Shown piece after piece: positions 8,738-17,197 of a stretch of DNA of 30,996 bases (the stretch's first letter is position 1; each line of letters begins with the position of its first letter). Position numbers and translations under genes: made by a program. The stretch covers positions 1-30,996 of the forward strand of contig WALU01000031.1 in NCBI GenBank assembly GCA_015522685.1. The letters are read 5' to 3'. The stretch is from Thermoproteota archaeon (GTDB taxonomy: Archaea; Korarchaeota; Korarchaeia; Korarchaeales; Korarchaeaceae). A model generated the notes under the pieces. That model worked only from the letters and a program-made list of their open reading frames with translations. It did not search any database and had not been told where the DNA came from.

Positions 8738-9691
8738 ATGATAGGGCTGAGGGATGTTTTAAGGGCAAAGAAGGAGATCAGCAAATATCTCTCCAGAACT
8801 CCGCTCGTATATGCGCGAAATATTTCTGAGTTGATGAATTGCGATGTATACCTAAAGCTAGAGAATCTACAGCCGACCAAGGCATTCAAGGTTAGAGGGG
8901 GAGTATATTTTGCTCTATTGAGGAGGGGGGAAGCTCAGAAGAGAGGTCTTGTTGCAGCATCGACCGGGAATCATGGTCAATCCATCGCTTATGGAGGCAA
9001 CCTTATTGGAGCTGATGTGATCATAGCTATGCCCCATGGAGTGCCTGAAGTGAAGATCAAGAGGGTAAAGGATCTGGGAGCTAAAGTAATCTTCCATGGC
9101 GAGGTATATGAGGAAGCCAGTGATTATGCCGAGAGACTTGCCAAGGAGAAAGGCATGATCTTCGTTCATGGAGTGAATGAACCTTTGCTTTACGCTGGGG
9201 TAGGCACCATGCATCTAGAGAACCTAGAGGATCTTCCAGATGTGGATGTGATAATAAATCCTATAGGAGGAGGATCTGGCGCTGTAGGAGCAGTTACTGT
9301 AGCGAAGACAATGGATTCATCAATAAAGGTGATTGGAGTGCAGGCTGAAGGTGCTAAGAGCTTCTATCTGTCCTGGAAGTCAGGCAAGCTGGTCTCGACG
9401 GGTAGAGCTGATACAATAGCCGAGGGCCTAGCCACGAGCAAGGCATATGAGCTTCCTTTCTCGATACTGAAGGACAAGCTAGATGACGTAGTGCTCGTAT
9501 CGGATGATGAAATAAGGAAAGCGATGAAAGTGCTACTGGAGGAGGAAGGTCAGGTGGCTGAGCCTTCCGGTGCAGCTGCTATGGCAGCAGTTACGAAGAT
9601 GAAGGAGAACCTTCGAGGGAAGAAGGTTATTGCAATGATCACCGGAGGAAACGTGGATCCCAGCATGTTGAAGGAGGTAATAGAATCTTAA
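8738..9691 (+). CDS. PLP-dependent threonine/serine dehydratase (no regulatory domain)
   Basis: RTPL, KLENLQPTKAFKVRG (PLP lysine), ASTGNHG, PIGGGSG, TIAEGL, EPSGA and TGGN motifs. Confidence 0.93.
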   Translation: MIGLRDVLRAKKEISKYLSRTPLVYARNISELMNCDVYLKLENLQPTKAFKVRGGVYFALLRRGEAQKRGLVAASTGNHGQSIAYGGNLIGADVIIAMPHGVPEVKIKRVKDLGAKVIFHGEVYEEASDYAERLAKEKGMIFVHGVNEPLLYAGVGTMHLENLEDLPDVDVIINPIGGGSGAVGAVTVAKTMDSSIKVIGVQAEGAKSFYLSWKSGKLVSTGRADTIAEGLATSKAYELPFSILKDKLDDVVLVSDDEIRKAMKVLLEEEGQVAEPSGAAAMAAVTKMKENLRGKKVIAMITGGNVDPSMLKEVIES

Positions 9692-9749
9692 CATAGCATA
9701 TGGGTCTCATCAATTTCTTCATGGAGACCTTGTGGGGAAAAAGTGTACC

Positions 9750-9985
9750 ACGTACCTCATTGAAGACGAGCTCCTCTGAGCTTAATCTGTGAGTTGTCTA
9801 TTCCTTCTCTCTGGGCTTACCCATGGTTATTATGGCAACGGGAATCCTGTCTTTAGACGCATTCACCATACTCAAGACTTTTTCATCATCGAACGCTCCT
9901 ACCCAACAAGTTCCATAACCCAAAGCATGAGCTGTGAGTATTGAAAAGGTTGTCGCTATCGTTGCATCCTGTATGGCGTGCGTAT
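9750..9985 (-). pseudogene. C-terminal half of a nitroreductase-family gene
   Basis: Minus strand: HAIQDATIATTFSILTAHALGYGTCWVGAFDDEKV...PVAIITMGKP, in-frame TAG at 9798-9800, then RLSSEELVFNE. N-terminal half absent; boundaries approximate. Confidence 0.8.
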
Positions 9986-10163
9986 CCTTAAATTCTGATA
10001 AAAAGAACCTAATTTATATCAAATAGCTAATTATGCTAGAAATAGCGCTCTTTTAATTAGTATATATGAAAAATCGGAGGATATCCAATGCTTCTTTAAT
10101 GAAACTAGTTAACTTTCTAGAAGCTCTCTAAGGACTTCTCCATCCTGTGAGCAATTAACTATA

Positions 10164-11417
10164 ATGATTATTAGTCTAATAATGGTTAGACTAATTATGG
10201 TTAGTATTCGCAGAGAGACAGATATCGAGAGGTTCAAGAACACTGGAAGGTGGGTCTTGGTTTATGGCAGGAGAAAGATAGGCAAGAGCTACTTCGTGAG
10301 GAACTACGCTGAATATGACAGGTATTACTTCATTGGAAGAGGTGGAGCTATATTCGAGGAGGATTCTAGGATAAGCTACGATACCTTCAGAAGGGAGGTC
10401 CTTCGAAGTTTGGATAGGGGAGAGACCATTGTTCTTGACGAATTTCAGCGCCTGCCAGATGAATTCTTCGACCTGTTGCACATGAGGGGAGTGGCTGGAA
10501 GGCTAATAGTAATCTCTTCTACTCTTTGGCTAACCAAGAAGCTCGTTGGCACTAAATCACCGTTACTCGGGCTCTTCTCGGAGTTCAAGATGGGATTGAT
10601 CGATGAGAGAGATATCCTGATCAACCTGAAACAATTCATTAGTGATAAGAGGAAATTACTAGAATATGCGATATTTCTGAGGGAGCCCTGGCTCATTCCT
10701 CTTTTGGAGAGAGCGGAGGACTTCTTAAAGGCATTGCCGGCCACGTTGAGGTTAGCTGTACCCTCACTTATAGGGGAGATATTCACCGAGGAAGAGAGGA
10801 CCTTCTCTCGAATATATGAGGGAATTCTAAAGGCTGTGGCTGATGGAAAGCGTGTATCGACGGAAATAGCTTCTCAGCTCTACTCATACAAGCTTATACC
10901 GGCCCAAGATCCTAGCTTGGTACATCCCTATCTCAGGGTGTTGGAGGGTGTGGGCATATTGGAGAGGGTCAAGCTCCACGGGAGGAACAAGTACTATTAC
11001 AGACACGCTTCTCCAGTGACCGATTATTACTACTACTTAGATGCAAAGTATGGGATCAGTGAGAGGGGAATGAGGGAGGAGCAGGCTGAGAAGATCCTCA
11101 GGGAGAGGATACCCTTTTACATCGAGCAGTTCCTGGCCAAGTTCCTAGCCAAGACCATGGGGTTATGGGATGAGAAGATAGCCCACAGGGACTATGAGAT
11201 CGATATAGCCCTGACGGATTTTAGGAGGCTTTCAGTTGTCGTCGAAGTCAAGTGGAAGAATAGAATCAAAGGGAGTGAGCTTAAGCGAGCAGAGGAAGTC
11301 TTGGGCAAGTTCGATTGTAGGAGGATCCTTTTCGTGCCTGAAGCAGATGCTCTGCCGAGGGAACCGAGGAGCCTAGAGGTGTGGGATGTCAATACACTCC
11401 TTAAGGCGATTGCCTAG
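10164..11417 (+). CDS. Archaeal P-loop ATPase (ATPase + wHTH + C-terminal PD-(D/E)xK, DUF234-like)
   Basis: Walker A VYGRRKIGKS, Walker B IVLDEFQ, C-terminal EIDI...VVEVKW. The start may be 10182 or 10197. Confidence 0.9.
   Translation: MIISLIMVRLIMVSIRRETDIERFKNTGRWVLVYGRRKIGKSYFVRNYAEYDRYYFIGRGGAIFEEDSRISYDTFRREVLRSLDRGETIVLDEFQRLPDEFFDLLHMRGVAGRLIVISSTLWLTKKLVGTKSPLLGLFSEFKMGLIDERDILINLKQFISDKRKLLEYAIFLREPWLIPLLERAEDFLKALPATLRLAVPSLIGEIFTEEERTFSRIYEGILKAVADGKRVSTEIASQLYSYKLIPAQDPSLVHPYLRVLEGVGILERVKLHGRNKYYYRHASPVTDYYYYLDAKYGISERGMREEQAEKILRERIPFYIEQFLAKFLAKTMGLWDEKIAHRDYEIDIALTDFRRLSVVVEVKWKNRIKGSELKRAEEVLGKFDCRRILFVPEADALPREPRSLEVWDVNTLLKAIA
10171..10205 (+). repeat. 15-bp tandem repeat over the ATPase start
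   Basis: TTAGTCTAATAATGG TTAGACTAATTATGG TTAGT. Confidence 0.7.
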
Positions 11418-11577
11418 TCCAAAGATTTCCATGCTCCTCCTCAGACCTACGGGAAGTGATTATTGATCTATTAGGAGCCTCTTAGAGGCATTAGAGGGGA
11501 AAGCATTTTAAGAGAACCTTTAAAACAGTGCTTCATAAACTGATGAGTAGAAGATAGGAACTTAAAGAGGTAGAGGT

Positions 11578-11880
11578 ATGAATAAGGGAGAAGTAATTGA
11601 AAAAATAAGGGAAAACAAGATAAAAATAAGGAGCTTCGGAGTGAAAAGAATAGGAATTTTTGGATCTGTTGTGAGAGAAGAAGCAAGAGAGGATAGCGAT
11701 ATTGACATAGTGGTTGAATTTGAAAAAGGGAAAGCTACTTTTAAGAATGTTGCTGGACTCGTAGATTTCCTCGAAAGTCTTTTCGGTAGAGAAATAGATC
11801 TTCTAACACCAGATGGAATCGAATCTATAAGAATAAAGCACGTGAAAGAGAAAATAAAGGAGGAGCTGGAATATGTCTAA
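11578..11880 (+). CDS. Minimal nucleotidyltransferase (MNT) antitoxin
   Basis: IGIFGSVVREEAREDSDIDIVVEF...LESLFGREIDL. Confidence 0.93.
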   Translation: MNKGEVIEKIRENKIKIRSFGVKRIGIFGSVVREEAREDSDIDIVVEFEKGKATFKNVAGLVDFLESLFGREIDLLTPDGIESIRIKHVKEKIKEELEYV

Positions 11881-12217
11881 GCGTGGTGATAGAGGATTTA
11901 TTCTTGATATGATGATCGCATGTGAGAGAATGTTAGAGTACACTGAGCAACTTTCTTATGAAGATTTCAGCAAAAACCAGATGGCTATCGATGCGGTCGT
12001 GAGAAACTTAGAAATCCTGGGCGAGGCCGCTAAAAACGTGTCGAATGAATTGAAAAGTAAATATCCTGAGGTTGAATGGCGGGAGATCGTCAGAACAAGA
12101 GACAAAATCATTCATTCATATTTTGGTGTTGATATAAGTATTATTTGGGATATTCTCGCCAATGATATCCCAGTATTAAAGAATAAGCTTCAAAACCTTG
12201 TAAAATCTGAAGGCTAG
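11873..12217 (+). CDS. HEPN/DUF86 RNase toxin (intact)
   Basis: DAVVRNLEILGEA...YPEVEW...RDKIIHSYFGVD (Rx4H motif); overlaps the MNT gene. Confidence 0.93.
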   Translation: MSKRGDRGFILDMMIACERMLEYTEQLSYEDFSKNQMAIDAVVRNLEILGEAAKNVSNELKSKYPEVEWREIVRTRDKIIHSYFGVDISIIWDILANDIPVLKNKLQNLVKSEG

Positions 12218-12222
12218 AAAAT

Positions 12223-12477
12223 ATGAAGCTCATGACAGAGAAAAGAGTTGTGGAGATAGAAAGGAACCCGTCAGGCAATTTCATTGCGAAATATGGATGG
12301 GAGTGGTATCAAGTCAATGCATATCCAGCGAGGCTAATGAAGCTTATGGCAGAAGGGATCCTAGAAATAGAAATAGCTTACAAGAGTAGGAGGTACACGC
12401 ACTACAAGCCAAGGATAGACAAGCGGTTGAGAGGGGCGGTAAATGCGCGCGACGATAAGGTTCGGGAGTTAGAGTAA
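12223..12477 (+). CDS. Small wHTH-like hypothetical protein, possibly a degraded fragment
   Basis: GWEWYQVNAYPARLMKLMAEGILEI..YKSRRYTHY looks like helix-helix-wing; contains a 6-nt duplication (GAAATAGAAATA). Confidence 0.5.
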   Translation: MKLMTEKRVVEIERNPSGNFIAKYGWEWYQVNAYPARLMKLMAEGILEIEIAYKSRRYTHYKPRIDKRLRGAVNARDDKVRELE

Positions 12478-12502
12478 GACCTCCCTCCTCTCGCTTACCT
12501 AA

Positions 12503-12546
12503 TTTGTTGATCTAGGTTACAATTATGTATTACCTAGGTCAATAAA
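12503..12546. promoter_or_regulatory. Inverted repeat upstream of the AbiE-type operon (candidate AbiEi operator)
   Basis: TTTGTTGATCTAGGT-N14-ACCTAGGTCAATAAA, 13/15 complementary, ending 6 nt before the ATG at 12553. Confidence 0.6.
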
Positions 12547-12552
12547 GAATAT

Positions 12553-13167
12553 ATGCATAAGAAAATACCTTTGATTAGATTCCTCAAAGGGAACATGCTC
12601 AAAATAGCCGAAATGCAGGATTTGCTCGTTTTAGAACTCTCAAGAGAGGTAGATTTCGTGGTTCATGGAGGAACGGCAATATGGAGAATCTATGGAGGTA
12701 AGAGTCTCTTGTGATGTGGACATTTACAGTCAGGAGTTGAGAGGATCCCAGAGGTGATCTCACCCATCTTCAGGGTGATCAAGGTCAAGCTTACCCCCTC
12801 CTTGTACATGAAAATTGGTGATGAGGCTGTGGTTGATCTTGAAGCCTCTCCCATGCTCAAGGAGAGGGAGATTACTGAGGAGAGCTTCTGGTTGATTGAT
12901 GGGAGCTCGATAGTTGTGAAAACCTTGACTCCTTGCTCCCTTCTAGAGGAGAAGGTTGATGCTTACCTGAGCAGAGGGAAGGTGAGAGACCTTTACGATA
13001 TTTACTACCTCTCAGATCTGTGCGAGGAGAAAAAGCCCTTAAAAAGGCTTCTTCTACACCTGAGAGAGCCTCCCAAAGACTTTCATATCTTGAGAGAATT
13101 GATAATTGCGGGAGTACCGCCTAGCTTCAGCACAATAGTTGAGAAGGTGAAAAGGACTGCCCACTAA
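12553..13167 (+). pseudogene. AbiEii-family nucleotidyltransferase toxin disrupted by compensating frameshifts
   Basis: MHKKIP...VVHGGTAIWRIYGGK, then TGA at 12712-12714. SCDVDIY lies in the +1 frame (12707-12727). The original frame resumes to EKVDAYLSRGKVRDLYDIY. Confidence 0.85.
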
Positions 13168-13765
13168 ACATTCTAGACTTCTTAACAAGTTGAGAGCTTC
13201 CTCCTTATTCACTTATAGGCTAGTTGAGAGTTCAGTCGGGAGCTACGCCAAGGTCCTGCTTCATAACCTGAGGAGGAAAGGAGAAATTGTAGAGCTTGTT
13301 AAGGGGGTCTACACGTTCAAGAAGTCTCCTTACATGATGGTCAAGGTGATTCCCATGGCTTACATAGGGTTAGGATCGGCCGCCTTTCTTCACGGAGCTT
13401 GGAACCAAGTAGTTGCTATAACAGTCCTCTCTCCCCTAGCCTCTAAAGTCGTCAGGCCAGGAGAGAGAGTTGTAGCTGACTTCAAGGTCATAGTGAGGAA
13501 GATATCGGAGAAAATGTACTTCGGCTATGAATACGTTTACATGGAGGATATAGGGGAGTGGATAAGGGTCTCAGATCCTGAGAAGACCTTGATAGATCTG
13601 GTATACTTCAGGCATCCGGCAATTGATGAAATGGTCGATCTTCTTGAGATAATAGATCTGGAGAGGGTTAAAGCTTACTTAGAACTAATGAATAAGAGGA
13701 GGGTTAGGGGAAGGAAGGAAGTCAGAAAAAGGATTGAGGAACTTATTGGCCTTACTGAAGTGTAG
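13157..13765 (+). CDS. AbiEi-family (type IV TA) antitoxin
   Basis: GEIVELVKGVY, YIGLGSAAFLHG, FGY, VSDPEKTLID. The frame is open back to CTG 13157 (LPTKH), which follows GGTGA; TTG 13190 is the alternative start. Confidence 0.8.
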   Translation: MPTKHSRLLNKLRASSLFTYRLVESSVGSYAKVLLHNLRRKGEIVELVKGVYTFKKSPYMMVKVIPMAYIGLGSAAFLHGAWNQVVAITVLSPLASKVVRPGERVVADFKVIVRKISEKMYFGYEYVYMEDIGEWIRVSDPEKTLIDLVYFRHPAIDEMVDLLEIIDLERVKAYLELMNKRRVRGRKEVRKRIEELIGLTEV

Positions 13766-13779
13766 TTGCATGTATCCTC

Positions 13780-14175
13780 TCAGGGAAGTACTTCTACGCC
13801 TTCCGCCCTAGCAGCCTTAGCCTGTTTCTGATCCAATGTCAATAGTGGAAGGGATTCTTGGAGGGCTTGTGCTATATAAATGGAATCATAAATAGTAATT
13901 TCATGCTTCAAGGCCAGTTCGAACGCGTTGTCAAGATATTTAAACTGAGGCTTAGTCAGAATGTTTCCTTTGAATAACTCCTTAAGTATTGAGAAAGCCT
14001 CAACACCCTCTGATTTAGAGAGCCTATTGGAGAAAACTGCCGACCAGATTGCATTTGAAGCTTCCTTTAAAACTAGATCTACAGATAAGAATACATCAGA
14101 TTGATCAAGAAGATCCTCCCATCCCTCCTCCTTGAGAATTATCGCTACCAAGGCAGAAGCGTCAATGACTATCAC
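13780..14175 (-). CDS. vapC: VapC PIN-domain toxin
   Basis: IVIDASA...KEASNA...ITIYDSIYIAQA...LLTLD conserved acidic PIN residues. Confidence 0.93.
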   Translation of the reverse strand: MIVIDASALVAIILKEEGWEDLLDQSDVFLSVDLVLKEASNAIWSAVFSNRLSKSEGVEAFSILKELFKGNILTKPQFKYLDNAFELALKHEITIYDSIYIAQALQESLPLLTLDQKQAKAARAEGVEVLP

Positions 14176-14395
14176 GATCTCCCCTCACTAGGACTTTGGA
14201 GGTTCCTTTGAGAGTAGACCAGCTTGTCGTCTTCAGTCTCTCCTTTATCCTTTTCTTGCTCTTTTTCGCCTTCACTTCCATTATCTTCAATTTCACGAAT
14301 CTTCTTAGCTCTTCTGGCCAGTTTACCTCATCTTTTAGCTTTTCCATTTCCTTCTTTATCTCTTTTCTGACCTTGAAGGAAACTACTTCTGACAT
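14162..14395 (-). CDS. vapB: VapB ribbon-helix-helix antitoxin
   Basis: MSEVVSFKVRKEIKKEME...VNWPEELR...VRGDRDSH; overlaps vapC. Confidence 0.88.
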   Translation of the reverse strand: MSEVVSFKVRKEIKKEMEKLKDEVNWPEELRRFVKLKIMEVKAKKSKKRIKERLKTTSWSTLKGTSKVLVRGDRDSH

Positions 14396-14763
14396 ATGGA
14401 AGTCTACCTCATTCCGGATTTAATGTTTACCATATAGTTTACAGCAGATGCCTTTAGATAAGCTTATTAGATTTACCATTTTTAACATATCCCAATAATT
14501 CATATATTTATATGGTAGGGAATTTGCAGATATTGCGAAAAATAACGGTAAGCATAACAGATCTTATGATGAACTTACAGAGTAGTATCCAATATATATG
14601 ACCATATGTAGAGATATGTCTAGGAGTCTTTACTTCGGTAACTTGAAATGTGAGGCACTTCTCTAGGGTTACAAGACTAATTATAGAGAGTTATTAAGCT
14701 GCCGCTAGTCTTAGTTAGTTATCTAGACGATGGTTCAACGTATGATATCCCTTGAGACGCCTC

Positions 14764-14786
14764 CATAACTACATAATATAGTTATG
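14764..14786. promoter_or_regulatory. Perfect 8-7-8 inverted repeat upstream of the methyltransferase
   Basis: CATAACTA-CATAATA-TAGTTATG. Confidence 0.4.
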
Positions 14787-14875
14787 AAAAACGCATCAGG
14801 ATTAGGCCTTATCCTTTCATAATCCTTGTTTATTAGAAATATAGGGGTTTGGTCATGAGGGGAGAGACTTCAGAA

Positions 14876-16840
14876 ATGGGTGAATTGAGTTTAGTTAAAA
14901 GAAGGCCCGGGAGGGTAATATTGCTCTCTTGCCTATCCATTCTCTCAGATTTGGTAGGAGGGTACGATAAGCTCATGGATCTAAGTTTTCCTCTTGCTAA
15001 GGAGCTGAAGTTTCTCCCTTCCCTTCCAGATCCGGAGAATAGTCTATCCTTGGAAGAGTGCCAGGTCAAAGCACAGGAGATCTTAAGCAGTAAGGTAAGA
15101 AAGCTGTATGCAGTTTATTATACGACAGACGATGGAGCGGAGATCATTTCCTCCAGGGCCTCTCTGCATGAAGGTTCTAATCTAGTGGTAGCCGATCCCT
15201 TCGTTGGATCCGGCCGCTTGCTAGCCAAGACCGTTGAGAAAATTGGAATAGATAGGATATCCTTAGTGTGGGGCATCGAACCTCTCTCATTACAGGCCCT
15301 CGTGGCATATACCTCCTTAATGAAAGTACTTAGAGATCCTTCCAAAGTGAGGATTGTAGATGATGATGCATTTTCTCTCATTACCAGCTTTTCAGGTCTT
15401 CCGGATTTTCCAAGGGCCGACATAATAGTTACAAATCCCCCTTTTACGAGATGGAAGCTCTTATTTGCGCAATACAGGAGAAAGCTCCTCGCACTTATGG
15501 AAAGGTTAGGATATTCCAGCTATATTACAAGAAGAGAATTGGGGCTTCAAATAGCGTCGATGTTTTTAGTTGATTATGCATTGAAGGAAAATGGTTTCTT
15601 GGGAACAGTCCTTCCAGCATCTACCTTCTATACAATATATGGGAGAGGGTATAAGGAACTGCTCTTAAGTAAGTACTATGTAGAAGCCCTAATTGAAAGT
15701 TCAAACACGTCCTTCTCTAGGGGTAGCGGCTTTAAAGAGTTGATACTACTGGCGATAAAGGCTAAGATGAATCACAGAACCTTGATAGCCAAATTCGATG
15801 GTCATCTAAGGAAGCTAGATGAGATAAATTTAGAGAAGCTCCCAAAGTTCCTACAAACTAATTGGTTGTCTTTATTCAATCCTTTAAGGAGCTTAGTAAC
15901 CCAAATTTTTGAGGAAGGATTAAGTAAAGGAAGTCTTGGATACTGGAGACAGGTTCTTAGCCCTAATATCGTCAGAGGGTTGGAGATGTATGGTCCTGAG
16001 TTCTTCTTCATTCCCAACAGGTATTGGAGTATTGTGGATGAAGGAAAAGAAGGCTTAGTTATTGCTAAGGGGGGTATGGAGCTGTTTATAGGAAGAGAAT
16101 TTCTAGTTAGAGCTCTTAGGAAGCCAAGCATCTATGCACGGAAGATAAAGGTGAAACCGGAAAGTTACATGCTTTCTATACCTCCCATTCCATTAGAGGA
16201 ACTACCGGGGGATCTCAGGAGGTACATTAAATGGGGGGAGAGATCTGGGAGCGCTGCTTCCGCCATCAGGGCCTTTGGTAAGAAGTGGTACTCGCATGTT
16301 CATGCTCAGATATCATCGAAACATCCTTTTGGTAGAGTCTTTATCCCAGATAAGATAGATATCATGTTCAAGAGGAGGGGGGTTTTCGCTAACTATTCAA
16401 GGGAGCCTGTAGCTGCCTCCAAGAACTTTTACATAATCAAAGATGATGAAGATAGTGCGAAGGTTATTGCCGCATGGCTCAACTCGACCATTTTCTTAGC
16501 AGTCCTTCACCTCATGGGCAGACGCATTTCTAATACTTGGACTAGGCTATTAGAAGATGATTACTTGGAACTACCCATGATACATCCGAGGGGAGATATG
16601 AAAGAAGTAAAAAGAGCTCTAGATTCCATAAAGGAGAGGGAATTACCTCCCATGTGGGAGCAGTTAGGAAGCAGTTATAGGAGGAGTTTAGACGTATCCT
16701 TCCTTGAATGGATAGGCCTAGATACAGATTACTTAGAGGAGATATATTCCACATTGGAAGATCTAATTAATAATAAAGGAGAGGAGAGAGAAATAACCTA
16801 TGTTAATGGTCAATGGCTTATTAAATGTCCCTTTATTTAG
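14876..16840 (+). CDS. N6-adenine-type DNA methyltransferase with C-terminal target-recognition domain (orphan in this window)
   Basis: YYT (motif X), DPFVGSG (motif I), IVTNPPF (motif IV), gamma-class order; AWLNST in the C-terminal domain. Start may be 14849 or 14855; ATG 14876 is also conserved in the relic copy. Confidence 0.88.
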   Translation: MGELSLVKRRPGRVILLSCLSILSDLVGGYDKLMDLSFPLAKELKFLPSLPDPENSLSLEECQVKAQEILSSKVRKLYAVYYTTDDGAEIISSRASLHEGSNLVVADPFVGSGRLLAKTVEKIGIDRISLVWGIEPLSLQALVAYTSLMKVLRDPSKVRIVDDDAFSLITSFSGLPDFPRADIIVTNPPFTRWKLLFAQYRRKLLALMERLGYSSYITRRELGLQIASMFLVDYALKENGFLGTVLPASTFYTIYGRGYKELLLSKYYVEALIESSNTSFSRGSGFKELILLAIKAKMNHRTLIAKFDGHLRKLDEINLEKLPKFLQTNWLSLFNPLRSLVTQIFEEGLSKGSLGYWRQVLSPNIVRGLEMYGPEFFFIPNRYWSIVDEGKEGLVIAKGGMELFIGREFLVRALRKPSIYARKIKVKPESYMLSIPPIPLEELPGDLRRYIKWGERSGSAASAIRAFGKKWYSHVHAQISSKHPFGRVFIPDKIDIMFKRRGVFANYSREPVAASKNFYIIKDDEDSAKVIAAWLNSTIFLAVLHLMGRRISNTWTRLLEDDYLELPMIHPRGDMKEVKRALDSIKERELPPMWEQLGSSYRRSLDVSFLEWIGLDTDYLEEIYSTLEDLINNKGEEREITYVNGQWLIKCPFI

Positions 16841-17046
16841 AGATCTTCTTTAGAAATGCTAGGGATTCCTCCTAGGTATCCCCCAGTAACCATCTTATCA
16901 GGACATCCTTCTCCATATCCCTCAATGCCATCCGTTGTCTTGATGACGACGAAACTTCCATGCGCGTGAGTATATGTGCCGAAGGATATTGAGAACGGTT
17001 CTGATAGTATTATATCCATCCTATATGGAATAACTTTCTTTATCAA
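16837..17046 (-). pseudogene. N-terminal fragment of a dipeptide epimerase / mandelate racemase-family gene
   Basis: LSEPFSISFGT...VVIKTTDGIEGYGEGCP..MVTG capping-domain motif; stops after about 70 codons, with no TIM barrel. Confidence 0.8.
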
Positions 17047-17197
17047 GACCAAGCAGGTCCCCTCAACGATAATAGCCATGCAACTTGGTATTCTTTAAAT
17101 GAGTTGGTTCCTCATAGAGGCACCATTACACTTTAGAAAAGGAAAAAGAGGAATGATTACCTTTATTTCTAGTGAAAACCTGATTCAGGTGGGTATA

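Noticed and set aside
5002-12714. In-frame TGA codons in the two toxins read as selenocysteine or simple read-through
   Set aside because: Read-through would still skip the catalytic motifs, which are in other frames, and no SECIS-like element was recognised.
16765-16795. AATAATAAAGGAGAG near the MTase end resembles GATAATAAGGGAGAG upstream of the relic (about 7468)
   Set aside because: Too short and purine-rich to distinguish from chance.
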